Assembly (NCBI GenBank): GCA_048939245.1
Contig: JBHLPR010000025.1
Span: forward strand, 1 to 32,686
Direction of reading: 5' to 3'
DNA: 32,686 bases
From: Promethearchaeota archaeon
Lineage (GTDB): Archaea > Asgardarchaeota > Hermodarchaeia > Hermodarchaeales > Hermodarchaeaceae
The notes under the pieces were generated by a model, which was not told the origin of the DNA, made no database searches, and saw nothing but the letters and a program-made list of their open reading frames with translations. A program made the translations under genes and the position numbers. This document shows, piece after piece, positions 1-9,049 of the stretch (position 1 is the stretch's first letter; each line of letters opens with the position of its first letter).

Positions 1-1301
1 CAGAGGTAGTGGACTAACTGCTTGGTCATGTTGACCAAGTCATCGATGCGAATCCATTCATCGGGTTTGTGTGCGGAGAGGTTGTCAAAGGATGCAGCAC
101 CCATTCCAATGATATTGTCAATTTCACAAGCCTGAGTGATGAAACCCATATCTGTGGAGGCAGAAGCGCCACCAATAATGAACTCGTTGTCTTGGTAGTT
201 ATGAACAGCTTTGAGGGCTTCTCGCATTTTTTGTGCGTACTTACTGGAGGTGTCCGCCTTGAATGGGTGATACGAATGGATAAAGGTGGTTTTCACATCC
301 AGGGCTTTGCTTTTGACCTTACCGCGCTTTATCGCTTGCTCAATCTCTTCGACGATTTGGTCATAGGTCTCTTCGGGAATATAGCGGCGGTTGATGATCA
401 CTTCACAGTCGGCAGGTACGATGTTGCTCTTTGTTCCCCCACGAATTATGTCGATGTTAAACATGGGGGTGACTTTGTCTGATGGGGCGCCTAGAGACTG
501 CAAGAGAGGAACGATGGGAATGCTTGATTCACGTTTTTCCACTTCGATTTTTAATTTGCGTAACTCATGGAGAATGGGAATCATGGCTTCAATGGCATTG
601 ACTCCCATGAAATTCATGCCAGAATGACAACTCCGACCCTTGGTTGTGATTTTCACGTCCACATTGCCTGCAACTCCTGCAATAATCAAAGGCATCTGTC
701 CTCCAAACTCGGTATTAATTACATGCCCTTCGACATAACCGTGCTTAGCTAGATGGTAGATGCCTGGATACATACCAATTTCTTCATCGGTACAAAAGGT
801 GCAGTTAATATTGAAGTGAGGTTTTAGACCTAATTCCTGTATGATTTCCAAGGCAACTAGGATGGAGGCGATGCTGCTTTTCATGTCAATGGCTCCACGT
901 CCATAGAGTTTGCCATCTTCAATGACGGCGTTGAAGGGATCTTTAGTCCACGCTTCTTCGATGGGGACCACATCCATGTGCGCATATATGGTCACTGTTT
1001 CGTGTTGGTTCTGGTTTTGGCGCGCAACTAAATTGATACGAGGGCCTTCCAGCGTAAAAGGGATCATAGCAATTTTTTCTGGAGGAACAACGACGCGTTC
1101 GGTGTGAAACTGAAGTTTCTGAAATGCTGGTTCCAAGTACTGAACCATTTCTTCGTAGTTGTTTCCTGGTGGAACAACGGTGGGAATGCGAATTAGGTCC
1201 TTTAGCACATTGATAAGGCGTTCTCGCTTGGTTTCAACGGCTTGGAACACCATTTCAGAATTTGGTTTTGATCTGGGGGGTTTTCGCTTTCGTGTAATCA
1301 T
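1..1301 (-). CDS. M20 family metallopeptidase/deacylase (ArgE/DapE-like), 3' end runs off window
   Basis: Not in ORF track. Manual translation of both ends, which share one frame, from ATG 1301 (alt ATG 1253): LKDLIRIPTVVPPG...YAHMDVVP...WTKDPF...GKLYGRGAIDMKSS, and at the window edge SAHKPDEWIRIDDL. These are M20 zinc-binding motifs. Confidence 0.9.
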   Translation of the reverse strand, partial: MITRKRKPPRSKPNSEMVFQAVETKRERLINVLKDLIRIPTVVPPGNNYEEMVQYLEPAFQKLQFHTERVVVPPEKIAMIPFTLEGPRINLVARQNQNQHETVTIYAHMDVVPIEEAWTKDPFNAVIEDGKLYGRGAIDMKSSIASILVALEIIQELGLKPHFNINCTFCTDEEIGMYPGIYHLAKHGYVEGHVINTEFGGQMPLIIAGVAGNVDVKITTKGRSCHSGMNFMGVNAIEAMIPILHELRKLKIEVEKRESSIPIVPLLQSLGAPSDKVTPMFNIDIIRGGTKSNIVPADCEVIINRRYIPEETYDQIVEEIEQAIKRGKVKSKALDVKTTFIHSYHPFKADTSSKYAQKMREALKAVHNYQDNEFIIGGASASTDMGFITQACEIDNIIGMGAASFDNLSAHKPDEWIRIDDLVNMTKQLVHYL

Positions 1302-1465
1302 ATCTTTTGATGAACGAGTAATGGTTTTCACATTAGATATAGAATAATGGTGCTCAAAAACCCCCTAATACAAATAAGTAAACTGAATGCGGTCTTCTTA
1401 ACCGGAATGGAATTTCTGAGCAGTGTTCCGAAACGCCTTTACATACACGTTCAAAGACAAAACTG

Positions 1466-2602
1466 ATGAATTCTGTTCTTCAGGCTTTTACCCGCCACTC
1501 CGAGACTGTTCGCGATTACATCGTAGCTCTAATCCAAGTGGATTCTGGAATCTATAATATTGAACAACTGAAGACGATTCTACAAGAGCCTGATACAACC
1601 GTTCGGTTGGAAACCGAGTGGCTCCACTCGCTTCTCCAGCTCTTATCCTATGTTCAGAAATACATGCAACTTGTACAAAACTGGGTCAATCATACCCAAG
1701 GGCTTCTTAGGAATCTGGGCGCATCTCAACGAGAACTCAGCAGATATGATAACCGAGAGGTACCCGCTTCGAAAATTCTGCAGAAAAAGCAGCTAGACCA
1801 GAATTATCTTCGCTGGGTGCTTGAAGACACAGCACAAGAACTTGACCGATTGATAGTCTCTGTTCATCAATTAATCGCTGAATTACCCACCTTCCTTCAA
1901 TTAATTGAACAATTTGGTGGTCCATTTGTTGGCAATTTTCGACAAATAGCGGTTGCTTGGGAAGCGAATGCACGTCGTGATTTCTTAGTGCCTCTTTCTA
2001 CTATTCTTCAAGAAGTTGATACGACCGCTGATTCATCCATTATCCTTCAGCAGTTTGCACGGTATTTAGATACGATTGTCCAAGTCGTTTCCGTATTGCC
2101 CATGTTTGTCACCGAATCGTCCAAACTCACTACCTATTCACCGGAAGCGCTTAGTTCGAGTGAATGGCTCGTCAATCAACTTATCGAAGGCACAGAACAA
2201 CTTCGACAGTTTGTCCAAATTCGCTCACAGGTTTATTCTGTATTAATCAATGAACAAAAGGCGCTTTGGCATGCAGTTATTCCCGCTGATACTCCCGTTG
2301 AACAGGTTATAATCACAATGGGAATTAATCCTGCGCAAAAAGTGGCAGATCTTATTCCCAATCCTTTCCCCATGGATACTCTACCCTTAGCGTTTAAACA
2401 AGCTGAAGAAGCGCTCACGATATGGGCGGCTACTATTGAAGCATCAGTGCCTTATCTCAACAAAGCTTTGGTTCTCAACCAAATATTACAATCACCGGCT
2501 GTTGCCAAATTCTTACAAGCTGAACAGCGGCGATTAGAAATTTATCACGAATGGCACCCACGAATTACCGAGACCTTTAAGGCACTTAAGAAATCATTGT
2601 AA
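1466..2602 (+). CDS. hypothetical all-alpha helical protein
   Basis: 378-aa ORF, rich in L/Q/E/V, no Cys, amphipathic helical pattern, no motif recognised. Confidence 0.75.
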   Translation: MNSVLQAFTRHSETVRDYIVALIQVDSGIYNIEQLKTILQEPDTTVRLETEWLHSLLQLLSYVQKYMQLVQNWVNHTQGLLRNLGASQRELSRYDNREVPASKILQKKQLDQNYLRWVLEDTAQELDRLIVSVHQLIAELPTFLQLIEQFGGPFVGNFRQIAVAWEANARRDFLVPLSTILQEVDTTADSSIILQQFARYLDTIVQVVSVLPMFVTESSKLTTYSPEALSSSEWLVNQLIEGTEQLRQFVQIRSQVYSVLINEQKALWHAVIPADTPVEQVIITMGINPAQKVADLIPNPFPMDTLPLAFKQAEEALTIWAATIEASVPYLNKALVLNQILQSPAVAKFLQAEQRRLEIYHEWHPRITETFKALKKSL

Positions 2603-2607
2603 GCAGC

Positions 2608-3429
2608 TCAATAACGAATGTTCTTCCTCAAGAAACCTTCTTTGATTCGTTCCTTAATTGTTTCAAAATCACTGCCCACAATCTCAATCTTATTTAAATC
2701 AGCTTCCCCTAATCCTTGTTCCTTAGCAAGTTGAACCATTTTCATTTTCTCAGGATTTTTCCCCACTAACGCAAAGGCAACGGTGTCAACAGCTACCGCA
2801 TCCCGTCCAACAAGAAATACATTCGCTGGAATACGTTTTTCGATTTTCGCAGCCGGTGATGGAAAAACAGCGGTACCATCAATTACAGCTAAATCAATTC
2901 CACCCACCGCTTTGAATAAACTAAGCACGACAGCTTCCAACTTCTTGTGATACACAGCTTTCTTTCTCATCGGTGCTAATCCAAACAGGTTCTTAATCAC
3001 CGATCCCTTGGAATATCGACGCAAGATATGCGAACTAACTAGCACACGGTTTTCAAAAAGCAGATGTGATAATTCCATCTCCTCTCCAGCAATATCTGAC
3101 TTCTTTGTCTTCATATCCTCGGAGAGATTAAATGGCACAACACGGTCCGAAAACAGCTCTTTCCAAATCTGGAGGCGCTCGGTCCCAGTTCCCCGATAAT
3201 TATCAGATTCAATCAACCAAATCTTCGGTGTTTTCGAAAAACTTTCAACGATAGCCCGTGCTACAGGCACCGTTGTGTAAGCTTTCTGCTTGGGTTCGAA
3301 CACACCTAATTTATACAAAACTTCCCGATTGGAAGTATTCAGATCCGAAATCCCCCCAATTAATTTGAGCGCCTGCTGAAAGGACGATGTCATATCCTTT
3401 CCAAATTCCATCAACGCTACTTTTACCAT
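2608..3429 (-). CDS. DUF362 domain protein
   Basis: KNLFGL, IDLAVIDG, GRDAVAVDTV and GLGEADLNKIEIVG motifs typical of DUF362; ATG 3429 preferred. Confidence 0.8.
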   Translation of the reverse strand: MVKVALMEFGKDMTSSFQQALKLIGGISDLNTSNREVLYKLGVFEPKQKAYTTVPVARAIVESFSKTPKIWLIESDNYRGTGTERLQIWKELFSDRVVPFNLSEDMKTKKSDIAGEEMELSHLLFENRVLVSSHILRRYSKGSVIKNLFGLAPMRKKAVYHKKLEAVVLSLFKAVGGIDLAVIDGTAVFPSPAAKIEKRIPANVFLVGRDAVAVDTVAFALVGKNPEKMKMVQLAKEQGLGEADLNKIEIVGSDFETIKERIKEGFLRKNIRY

Positions 3430-3527
3430 AATCAATCACGACTTGAAATCAAAGACATGAGATGTCATCCGGCATGAACTAAAAACCTATTTACTCAGCG
3501 GTCTTTTCATTAAAAGTGTGAAATTTC

Positions 3528-3980
3528 ATGGCTGAGACCTGTGGCTTCTATTGGCTTGTAGAAAATAAACTTGCAGGGTCTGGCTATCCCGGATCCTGTT
3601 TGGATTGGTTGTATAATGCACAAGGCATCCGTGCGCTCCTTTCCCTTCAACCACTCACTCCAGATGATTTGCTCCAGGCTCAACAACTCGGATATCACAT
3701 CAACACAGTCGCGATTACTGATTTTACCGCGGGTTCACCAGATCAACGGCAAATGGCGGTTGAAGGAATCGTTGAGTTTCAGAAGAAAAACCTTCCAACC
3801 CTTGTCCATTGCCAAGGAGGATTGGGGCGAACAGGGATGATATTAGCCCTTTATCTTGTCCAACACAAAGGAGTTTCACCCAATTCAGCGATTTCCCAAA
3901 TTCGTCGCATTCGAAAGGGGTCAATTGAACCGAATACTGGGCAAGAAGAAGCCATATTCGCCGCACAAGATGAGAACTAA
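3528..3980 (+). CDS. dual-specificity protein phosphatase (DUSP23/CDC14-like)
   Basis: P-loop VHCQGGLGRTG (HCX5R), general-acid ITDF, N-terminal FYWLVENKLAG, C-terminal RRIRKGSIE. Confidence 0.92.
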   Translation: MAETCGFYWLVENKLAGSGYPGSCLDWLYNAQGIRALLSLQPLTPDDLLQAQQLGYHINTVAITDFTAGSPDQRQMAVEGIVEFQKKNLPTLVHCQGGLGRTGMILALYLVQHKGVSPNSAISQIRRIRKGSIEPNTGQEEAIFAAQDEN

Positions 3981-4000
3981 CTTCGAATTTAAGGTGGGTT

Positions 4001-5395
4001 TTAGATATCCAGCTTTTTGACAGCCTTGCGTTTGAGAAACTGACCGTGATTACTCTCACCGACTAATATTCCATCACTTACCACGATCTTTCCTCGTGAG
4101 ATAGTCATATGGGGATAACCTTTCAGTTTCCATCCTTCAAAAGGACTCCAATCGCAATTCGTTTGTAGGTTCTCGGCATGAAGGGTTACCTTCTTTTCTG
4201 GATCAAACACAACAAGGTCAGCATCACTTCCTGGCGCGATTGTTCCCTTTCGTGGAAACATTCCAAAAATTTTCGCTGGATTGGTGCTTACTAGTTTTAC
4301 AAGATGGTTAAGTGAAAACCGCTTTTTGCCTACTCCTTCAGTGTAAAGGAGGGGAAACATTGTTTCAACCCCGGGCAGTCCAAAGGGGATTTTTCGGAAA
4401 TCGCCTTTCCACATGGCTTTTTGCTGGGTATCAAAAGTGCAAGTGTCGGTGGCAACCACTTGGATTTCGCCGTTGATAAGACCCTGCCAGAGTCGCGCGT
4501 TGTCTTCCTTCTTTTTTATTTGTGGACAGGTAGCATAGAGATGGCCATTTTCTCTCTTGAACACCGAATCATCAAGCAGAAGGTATTGTGGACAGGTTTC
4601 CGCATACACTTGTACGCCTCTTTCTCGAGCATCATGAACATACTGTGCACTTTCTCCTGCTGACATGTGAACAATATACAAGCGTCCACCTGTTACCTCT
4701 GCCCATTTGATGGCTCGTTGGACCGCTTCGGATTCTGTGAATGCTGGTCGGGAAAGAGTATGAGCATAGGCTCCCCATTTTTCCTTCTCTTGGGCATATC
4801 TATCAATTAGCATCTCGAGAATATCAACACTTTCTGCATGGACACCAATCATTCCCCCAAATTTCTTTGTTTCTTCGAGGGCTTGAAAGAGCATGCCATC
4901 ATCAGCCATCCACCCCTCATTTTTGTAGATCATGAACATCTTGAAGGTGGGAATACCATAGTCGATGACTTGTTTGATTTCAGCTTGTGTTTGTGGATTC
5001 CAGTCAGTAATAGCAGCATGTAACCCGTAATCAATATAGACTCTTCCGTCCGCTTCTTTTCGGCGGGCTTCCACTGCCTCCATTATAGAATGACCCTTTT
5101 GTTGAATAGCAAAATCAATTACAGTTGTAACACCGCCCATTGCAGCCGCTTTAGTGCCATTTTCAAAATCATCAGCTGAAACGGTGCCACTGAATGGCAA
5201 CTGTAAATGTACGTGGACATCAATAGCTCCTGGAAAAAGATACATGTCGGTTGCATCAACAACCATTGTATCCGTTGTTGGTGCGATGTCTTTTGAAATC
5301 GTAATGATCTTTTCTCCTTTTATCCCGACATCGGCTTGAAATGAATTGGTGGCGGTTACAAGAGTTCCGTTTTTAACAATCATGTCCAGCTTCAT
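4001..5395 (-). CDS. hydA: dihydropyrimidinase (cyclic amidohydrolase)
   Basis: PGAIDVHVH, DDFENGTKAAAMGGVTT, FKMFM, HAE, YAETCPQYL, PGVET, DWSPFEG. Confidence 0.95.
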   Translation of the reverse strand: MKLDMIVKNGTLVTATNSFQADVGIKGEKIITISKDIAPTTDTMVVDATDMYLFPGAIDVHVHLQLPFSGTVSADDFENGTKAAAMGGVTTVIDFAIQQKGHSIMEAVEARRKEADGRVYIDYGLHAAITDWNPQTQAEIKQVIDYGIPTFKMFMIYKNEGWMADDGMLFQALEETKKFGGMIGVHAESVDILEMLIDRYAQEKEKWGAYAHTLSRPAFTESEAVQRAIKWAEVTGGRLYIVHMSAGESAQYVHDARERGVQVYAETCPQYLLLDDSVFKRENGHLYATCPQIKKKEDNARLWQGLINGEIQVVATDTCTFDTQQKAMWKGDFRKIPFGLPGVETMFPLLYTEGVGKKRFSLNHLVKLVSTNPAKIFGMFPRKGTIAPGSDADLVVFDPEKKVTLHAENLQTNCDWSPFEGWKLKGYPHMTISRGKIVVSDGILVGESNHGQFLKRKAVKKLDI

Positions 5396-5506
5396 ACAGA
5401 GTCACTTCTCCGTTTTTTCATCCCTTTAATACCCTTTATGATTTTGGGAAACGTCTAAATCACGAAAACACCATGTCTACTCAAGATTTCATCTGTTGTG
5501 ATTATA

Positions 5507-6373
5507 ATGAGAAAAGTTCGAATTGGATTAGTTCAGACTCGATGGGAAGGCAGTATTTCCGGTGAGGACGCCATTCAAAAAGACATCGAGAAAATGATTC
5601 AGAAACACGAAGCTTATGCTAAAACCGCTGCCCAGAAAGGCGTTCATATTCTCTGCTTTCAAGAGTTGTTCTTCGGACCCTACTTCTGTGCAGAACAAAA
5701 ACCACTATGGTATAAATTTGCAGAACCGATTCCGGGACCTCTTAGTGATCGCATGAGTCGTCTTGCAAAAACCAATAAAATCATACTAATTGCTCCGATG
5801 TATGAAGAAGAAATGAAGGGGATTTACTACAATACCGCAATCATCATCAATAATGATGGTACACTTTTAGGAAAATATCGGAAAACCCACATCCCCCACC
5901 TTGGACCAGGTTTTTGGGAGAAATTCTATTTTAAGCCCGGAAATCTAGGATATCCAGTTTTTGAAACCGAGTATGGCAAAATTGGACTTTACATCTGTTA
6001 CGATAGACATTTTCCTGAAGGTGCGCGGGCTTTAGGATTAAATGGGGCTGAAATTGTCTTCAATCCCTCTGCCACGGTTCAAGGACTCTCAGATCATCTT
6101 TGGGCTCTTGAACAACCAGCACATGCAGTTGCCAACGGTTATTTTATTGCAGCAATTAACCGTATCGGGGAGAGCCCTTGGAAAATGGGAACATTCTATG
6201 GAAGTTCTTATGTGGCAAATCCACGCGGGGAAATTGTCAAACAAGCTTCTGCAGATAAGGATGAACTCCTCATCGTTGATATTGATCTAGATATGATTAA
6301 GGAAGTCAGAAATACGTGGCAGTTCTTCCGTGATCGGCGCCCAGATTTGTACAAAGAATTATGTGATCTTTAG
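5507..6373 (+). CDS. beta-ureidopropionase (nitrilase/CN-hydrolase family)
   Basis: Catalytic triad motifs CFQELF, YRKTHIP, ICYDRHFPE; FWEKFYFKPGNLGYPVF; WQFFRDRRP; adjacent to hydA and preA. Confidence 0.9.
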   Translation: MRKVRIGLVQTRWEGSISGEDAIQKDIEKMIQKHEAYAKTAAQKGVHILCFQELFFGPYFCAEQKPLWYKFAEPIPGPLSDRMSRLAKTNKIILIAPMYEEEMKGIYYNTAIIINNDGTLLGKYRKTHIPHLGPGFWEKFYFKPGNLGYPVFETEYGKIGLYICYDRHFPEGARALGLNGAEIVFNPSATVQGLSDHLWALEQPAHAVANGYFIAAINRIGESPWKMGTFYGSSYVANPRGEIVKQASADKDELLIVDIDLDMIKEVRNTWQFFRDRRPDLYKELCDL

Positions 6374-7722
6374 AGGGTTTTCTCAACTTCAGTGAAAGCC
6401 TTATCGAGGATTTGATACGCTGAATCAATCTGGTCTCTGGTTAATTCAAGTGGAGGCTGGATTCGGATAGCATTTCCATCGATTCCACCCTTTCCAATGA
6501 GCAGCCCTTCAGTCTTACAGAGTTCCATTACTTGGAGTAATTCTTGTGATGCTGGTTCCTTCGTTTCCTGGTTTCGAACCAATTCAATACCCTGCATCAT
6601 TCCTTGTCCGCGTACTTCACCAACTAGTTTATGTTCTTGCTTTAGTGCTTCTAGCTGCTTTTTCAGATACGCCCCCTGTTCAGCGGCACGTTGGATGTAA
6701 TTGCTTTTTTGTATTATATCAATAACCGCAACTGCTCCCGCACAAGATAATAGGTTTCCGCCGAATGTGGCAAAGCTGTCCGTCGTAGTATACTCGCTAG
6801 CATATTCTGGTGATGTTAAAAATCCACCAATCGGAATGCCACTCCCAAAACCCTTAGCTAAGGTAATGATATCGGGATTGACTCCTGTGTGTTGAATACC
6901 CCACCATTTCTTGCCTGTTCGACCGAATCCAGTTTGTACTTCGTCACTGATGTAGAGCCCATCAAACTCTTTTACGATTTCATAAGTAATTTGAAAGAAT
7001 TCGGGAGGAGGTTGAATTATTCCGCCAACACCTTGGATTGGTTCAACAATAAATGCTGCTAGAGCTTTGTTGGTTTGCGTTCGGATAAGTTCGCGGAGAT
7101 ATCGTGCACATTGCATATCACACTCCGGGTACTCTTTTCCAAAGGGGCACCGATAACAATAGCCATAGGGCTGAAATCGAACACCAGGTGGATGGGCTTC
7201 AGGAACTGTACGCCATCCAGCACTTGATATTTCTCGGGTTAGTGCTGTTCGTCCATGATAGCCATGGGTGCATGCTACTACATATGGGTTGTTTTTGAAT
7301 TTTCGTGCCATGAAAAGCGCTGCCTCATTTGCCTCTGAACCACTATTGACAATGAATGATTGAGTTAATCCCTTAGGCGCGATTTCGGCTAGACGTTTTC
7401 CTAATACCGCATAGGGAATCGTAGCATATAATGAACTCGTGTAGACTAACCGATCCAGTTGCCATTTCAATGTAGCAATGAACCTCGGATGATTATATCC
7501 GGTAATCGTTGTGCAAATACCTGCAAACAAATCGATGTACTTTTTTCCTTTCGAATCTTCAAGAGTGGCGCCTTCTCCACGGACTAAAAGCAAGGGGTTT
7601 TCATAATAGTGTGAAACAGCGGGAACTACATGTTTCTTCTCTATTTCCAGGATTTTTTCAGCTGAGTAGGCTTTTCTTAGGTCTTCGGGAACAAGCTGCT
7701 CATCCATTTTTCTCAACTCCAT
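6370..7722 (-). CDS. class III PLP aminotransferase, AGXT2/PYD4-like (probable beta-alanine aminotransferase)
   Basis: NSGSEANE, GYHGRT, EPIQGVGG, DEVQTGFGRTG, TLAKG, TFGGN; substrate inferred from context. Confidence 0.88.
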   Translation of the reverse strand: MELRKMDEQLVPEDLRKAYSAEKILEIEKKHVVPAVSHYYENPLLLVRGEGATLEDSKGKKYIDLFAGICTTITGYNHPRFIATLKWQLDRLVYTSSLYATIPYAVLGKRLAEIAPKGLTQSFIVNSGSEANEAALFMARKFKNNPYVVACTHGYHGRTALTREISSAGWRTVPEAHPPGVRFQPYGYCYRCPFGKEYPECDMQCARYLRELIRTQTNKALAAFIVEPIQGVGGIIQPPPEFFQITYEIVKEFDGLYISDEVQTGFGRTGKKWWGIQHTGVNPDIITLAKGFGSGIPIGGFLTSPEYASEYTTTDSFATFGGNLLSCAGAVAVIDIIQKSNYIQRAAEQGAYLKKQLEALKQEHKLVGEVRGQGMMQGIELVRNQETKEPASQELLQVMELCKTEGLLIGKGGIDGNAIRIQPPLELTRDQIDSAYQILDKAFTEVEKTL

Positions 7723-7751
7723 CAAGGAGACATATGACTATTCACTATCAC

Positions 7752-7764
7752 ATAAAGACTTTAT
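7752..7764. promoter_or_regulatory. palindrome ATAAAG-A-CTTTAT in divergent promoter (back-to-back TATA or operator)
   Basis: Perfect 6-1-6 inverted repeat between the divergent aminotransferase and preA starts. Confidence 0.35.
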
Positions 7765-7809
7765 CTAGTAGAATCATCTATTTAGAGTCAATCGGAGGAA
7801 ATTCAACTC

Positions 7810-9024
7810 ATGCCAAAGTATCCCTTATCCGTCGAATTCGCTGGTATTCCGTTCAAGAATCCCTTTATGCTCTCGTCAGCTCCACCAACGCTCGATGCCA
7901 AACGCGTCATTCGTGCAGCTAAACTGGGCTGGGGCGGAGCTGTCTTGAAAACGGTAACAGAAGAACCGACCGTGGACCCACGTACCCGCTTGGGCGTATT
8001 ACGTGAGCAGGGACACCTAATTGGGATGAATAATATTGAGCTCCTTTCACGGCACTCTCTGAAAAAATGGATTAACTCTTGGATACCCGAGATCAAAGCA
8101 AGAACCCCTGAGGATTTTGTCGTTGTTGCTAGCATCATGTCTAGCCCAGAACCAGAAGGCTGGACTGCTCTAGCAGAAACTCTTACACAAACAGGAGTAA
8201 ACGCCTTGGAACTCAACGTTTCATGTCCTCATGGATCACCAGAGAAACATATGGGCGCATTCATTGGCCAAAACCCAGAACTCGTAGAACGAGTTACTAA
8301 AGCGGCAAGGAAGGGGACGGATTTACCAATTTTTGTAAAACTAACTCCCAATGTGACTGACATCGTTCCCATTGCCAAAGCTGCTGTAAAAGGAGGCGCC
8401 GATGCATTATCCGCTATTAATACCGTTGAATCGCTTATCGGCATTGACATTGAGACCGCAACCCCGTACCCTTTCGCATATAATTCAGACTTATCCAATC
8501 CTCAAAGTACGTATGGTGGATACTGTGGTCCCGCCATTCGACCTCTAGGTCTACGGTTTGTTTCACAGATTGCTAAGGCGATTCCAACAATTCCTATCTC
8601 GGGAATCGGTGGCATTGGAAACTGGCAAAATGCAGTAGAATATCTAATGGTTGGTGCTAGCACTCTTCAAGTTTGCACGGCGGTTATGTGGTATGGTTTT
8701 CAAATTATTAGGGATTTCACTCAGCATTTATCCAAATTTATGAAGAAGAAGGGTTACGCCACCCTTAGCGCAATGGTTGGCAAAGCGCTTCCCAAAATCA
8801 CGACTTGGACGGATCTACCAAAACTACCCCCCGTCATCGCTTACATCGATCCTGAAAAATGTATACTTGGTAAAGAATGCAGGATCGCATGTGCTGATGC
8901 CGGATATCAAGCTATTCGCATGGACGGACAACGTCTCATCGTAGACCCCGAAAAATGCGATGGATGCGGACTTTGTGCTGTGGTCTGTGGAGAAAATGCT
9001 GTGGAATTTGTGAAAAAGGAATAA
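7810..9024 (+). CDS. preA: dihydropyrimidine dehydrogenase PreA-type subunit (FMN barrel + C-terminal ferredoxin domain)
   Basis: NPFMLSSAPPT, GWGGAVLKT, GMNNIELLS, ELNVSCPHG, KLTPNVTDI, YGGYCGPAIRP, QVCTAVM; C-terminal CDGCGLCAVVC. Confidence 0.95.
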   Translation: MPKYPLSVEFAGIPFKNPFMLSSAPPTLDAKRVIRAAKLGWGGAVLKTVTEEPTVDPRTRLGVLREQGHLIGMNNIELLSRHSLKKWINSWIPEIKARTPEDFVVVASIMSSPEPEGWTALAETLTQTGVNALELNVSCPHGSPEKHMGAFIGQNPELVERVTKAARKGTDLPIFVKLTPNVTDIVPIAKAAVKGGADALSAINTVESLIGIDIETATPYPFAYNSDLSNPQSTYGGYCGPAIRPLGLRFVSQIAKAIPTIPISGIGGIGNWQNAVEYLMVGASTLQVCTAVMWYGFQIIRDFTQHLSKFMKKKGYATLSAMVGKALPKITTWTDLPKLPPVIAYIDPEKCILGKECRIACADAGYQAIRMDGQRLIVDPEKCDGCGLCAVVCGENAVEFVKKE

Positions 9025-9049
9025 ACCTCTTCTCTTTAAAGGTGTGATT

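Noticed and set aside
69-1347. Short + strand ORFs at the left end
   Set aside because: Antisense shadows of the minus-strand M20 peptidase, which carries clear motifs.
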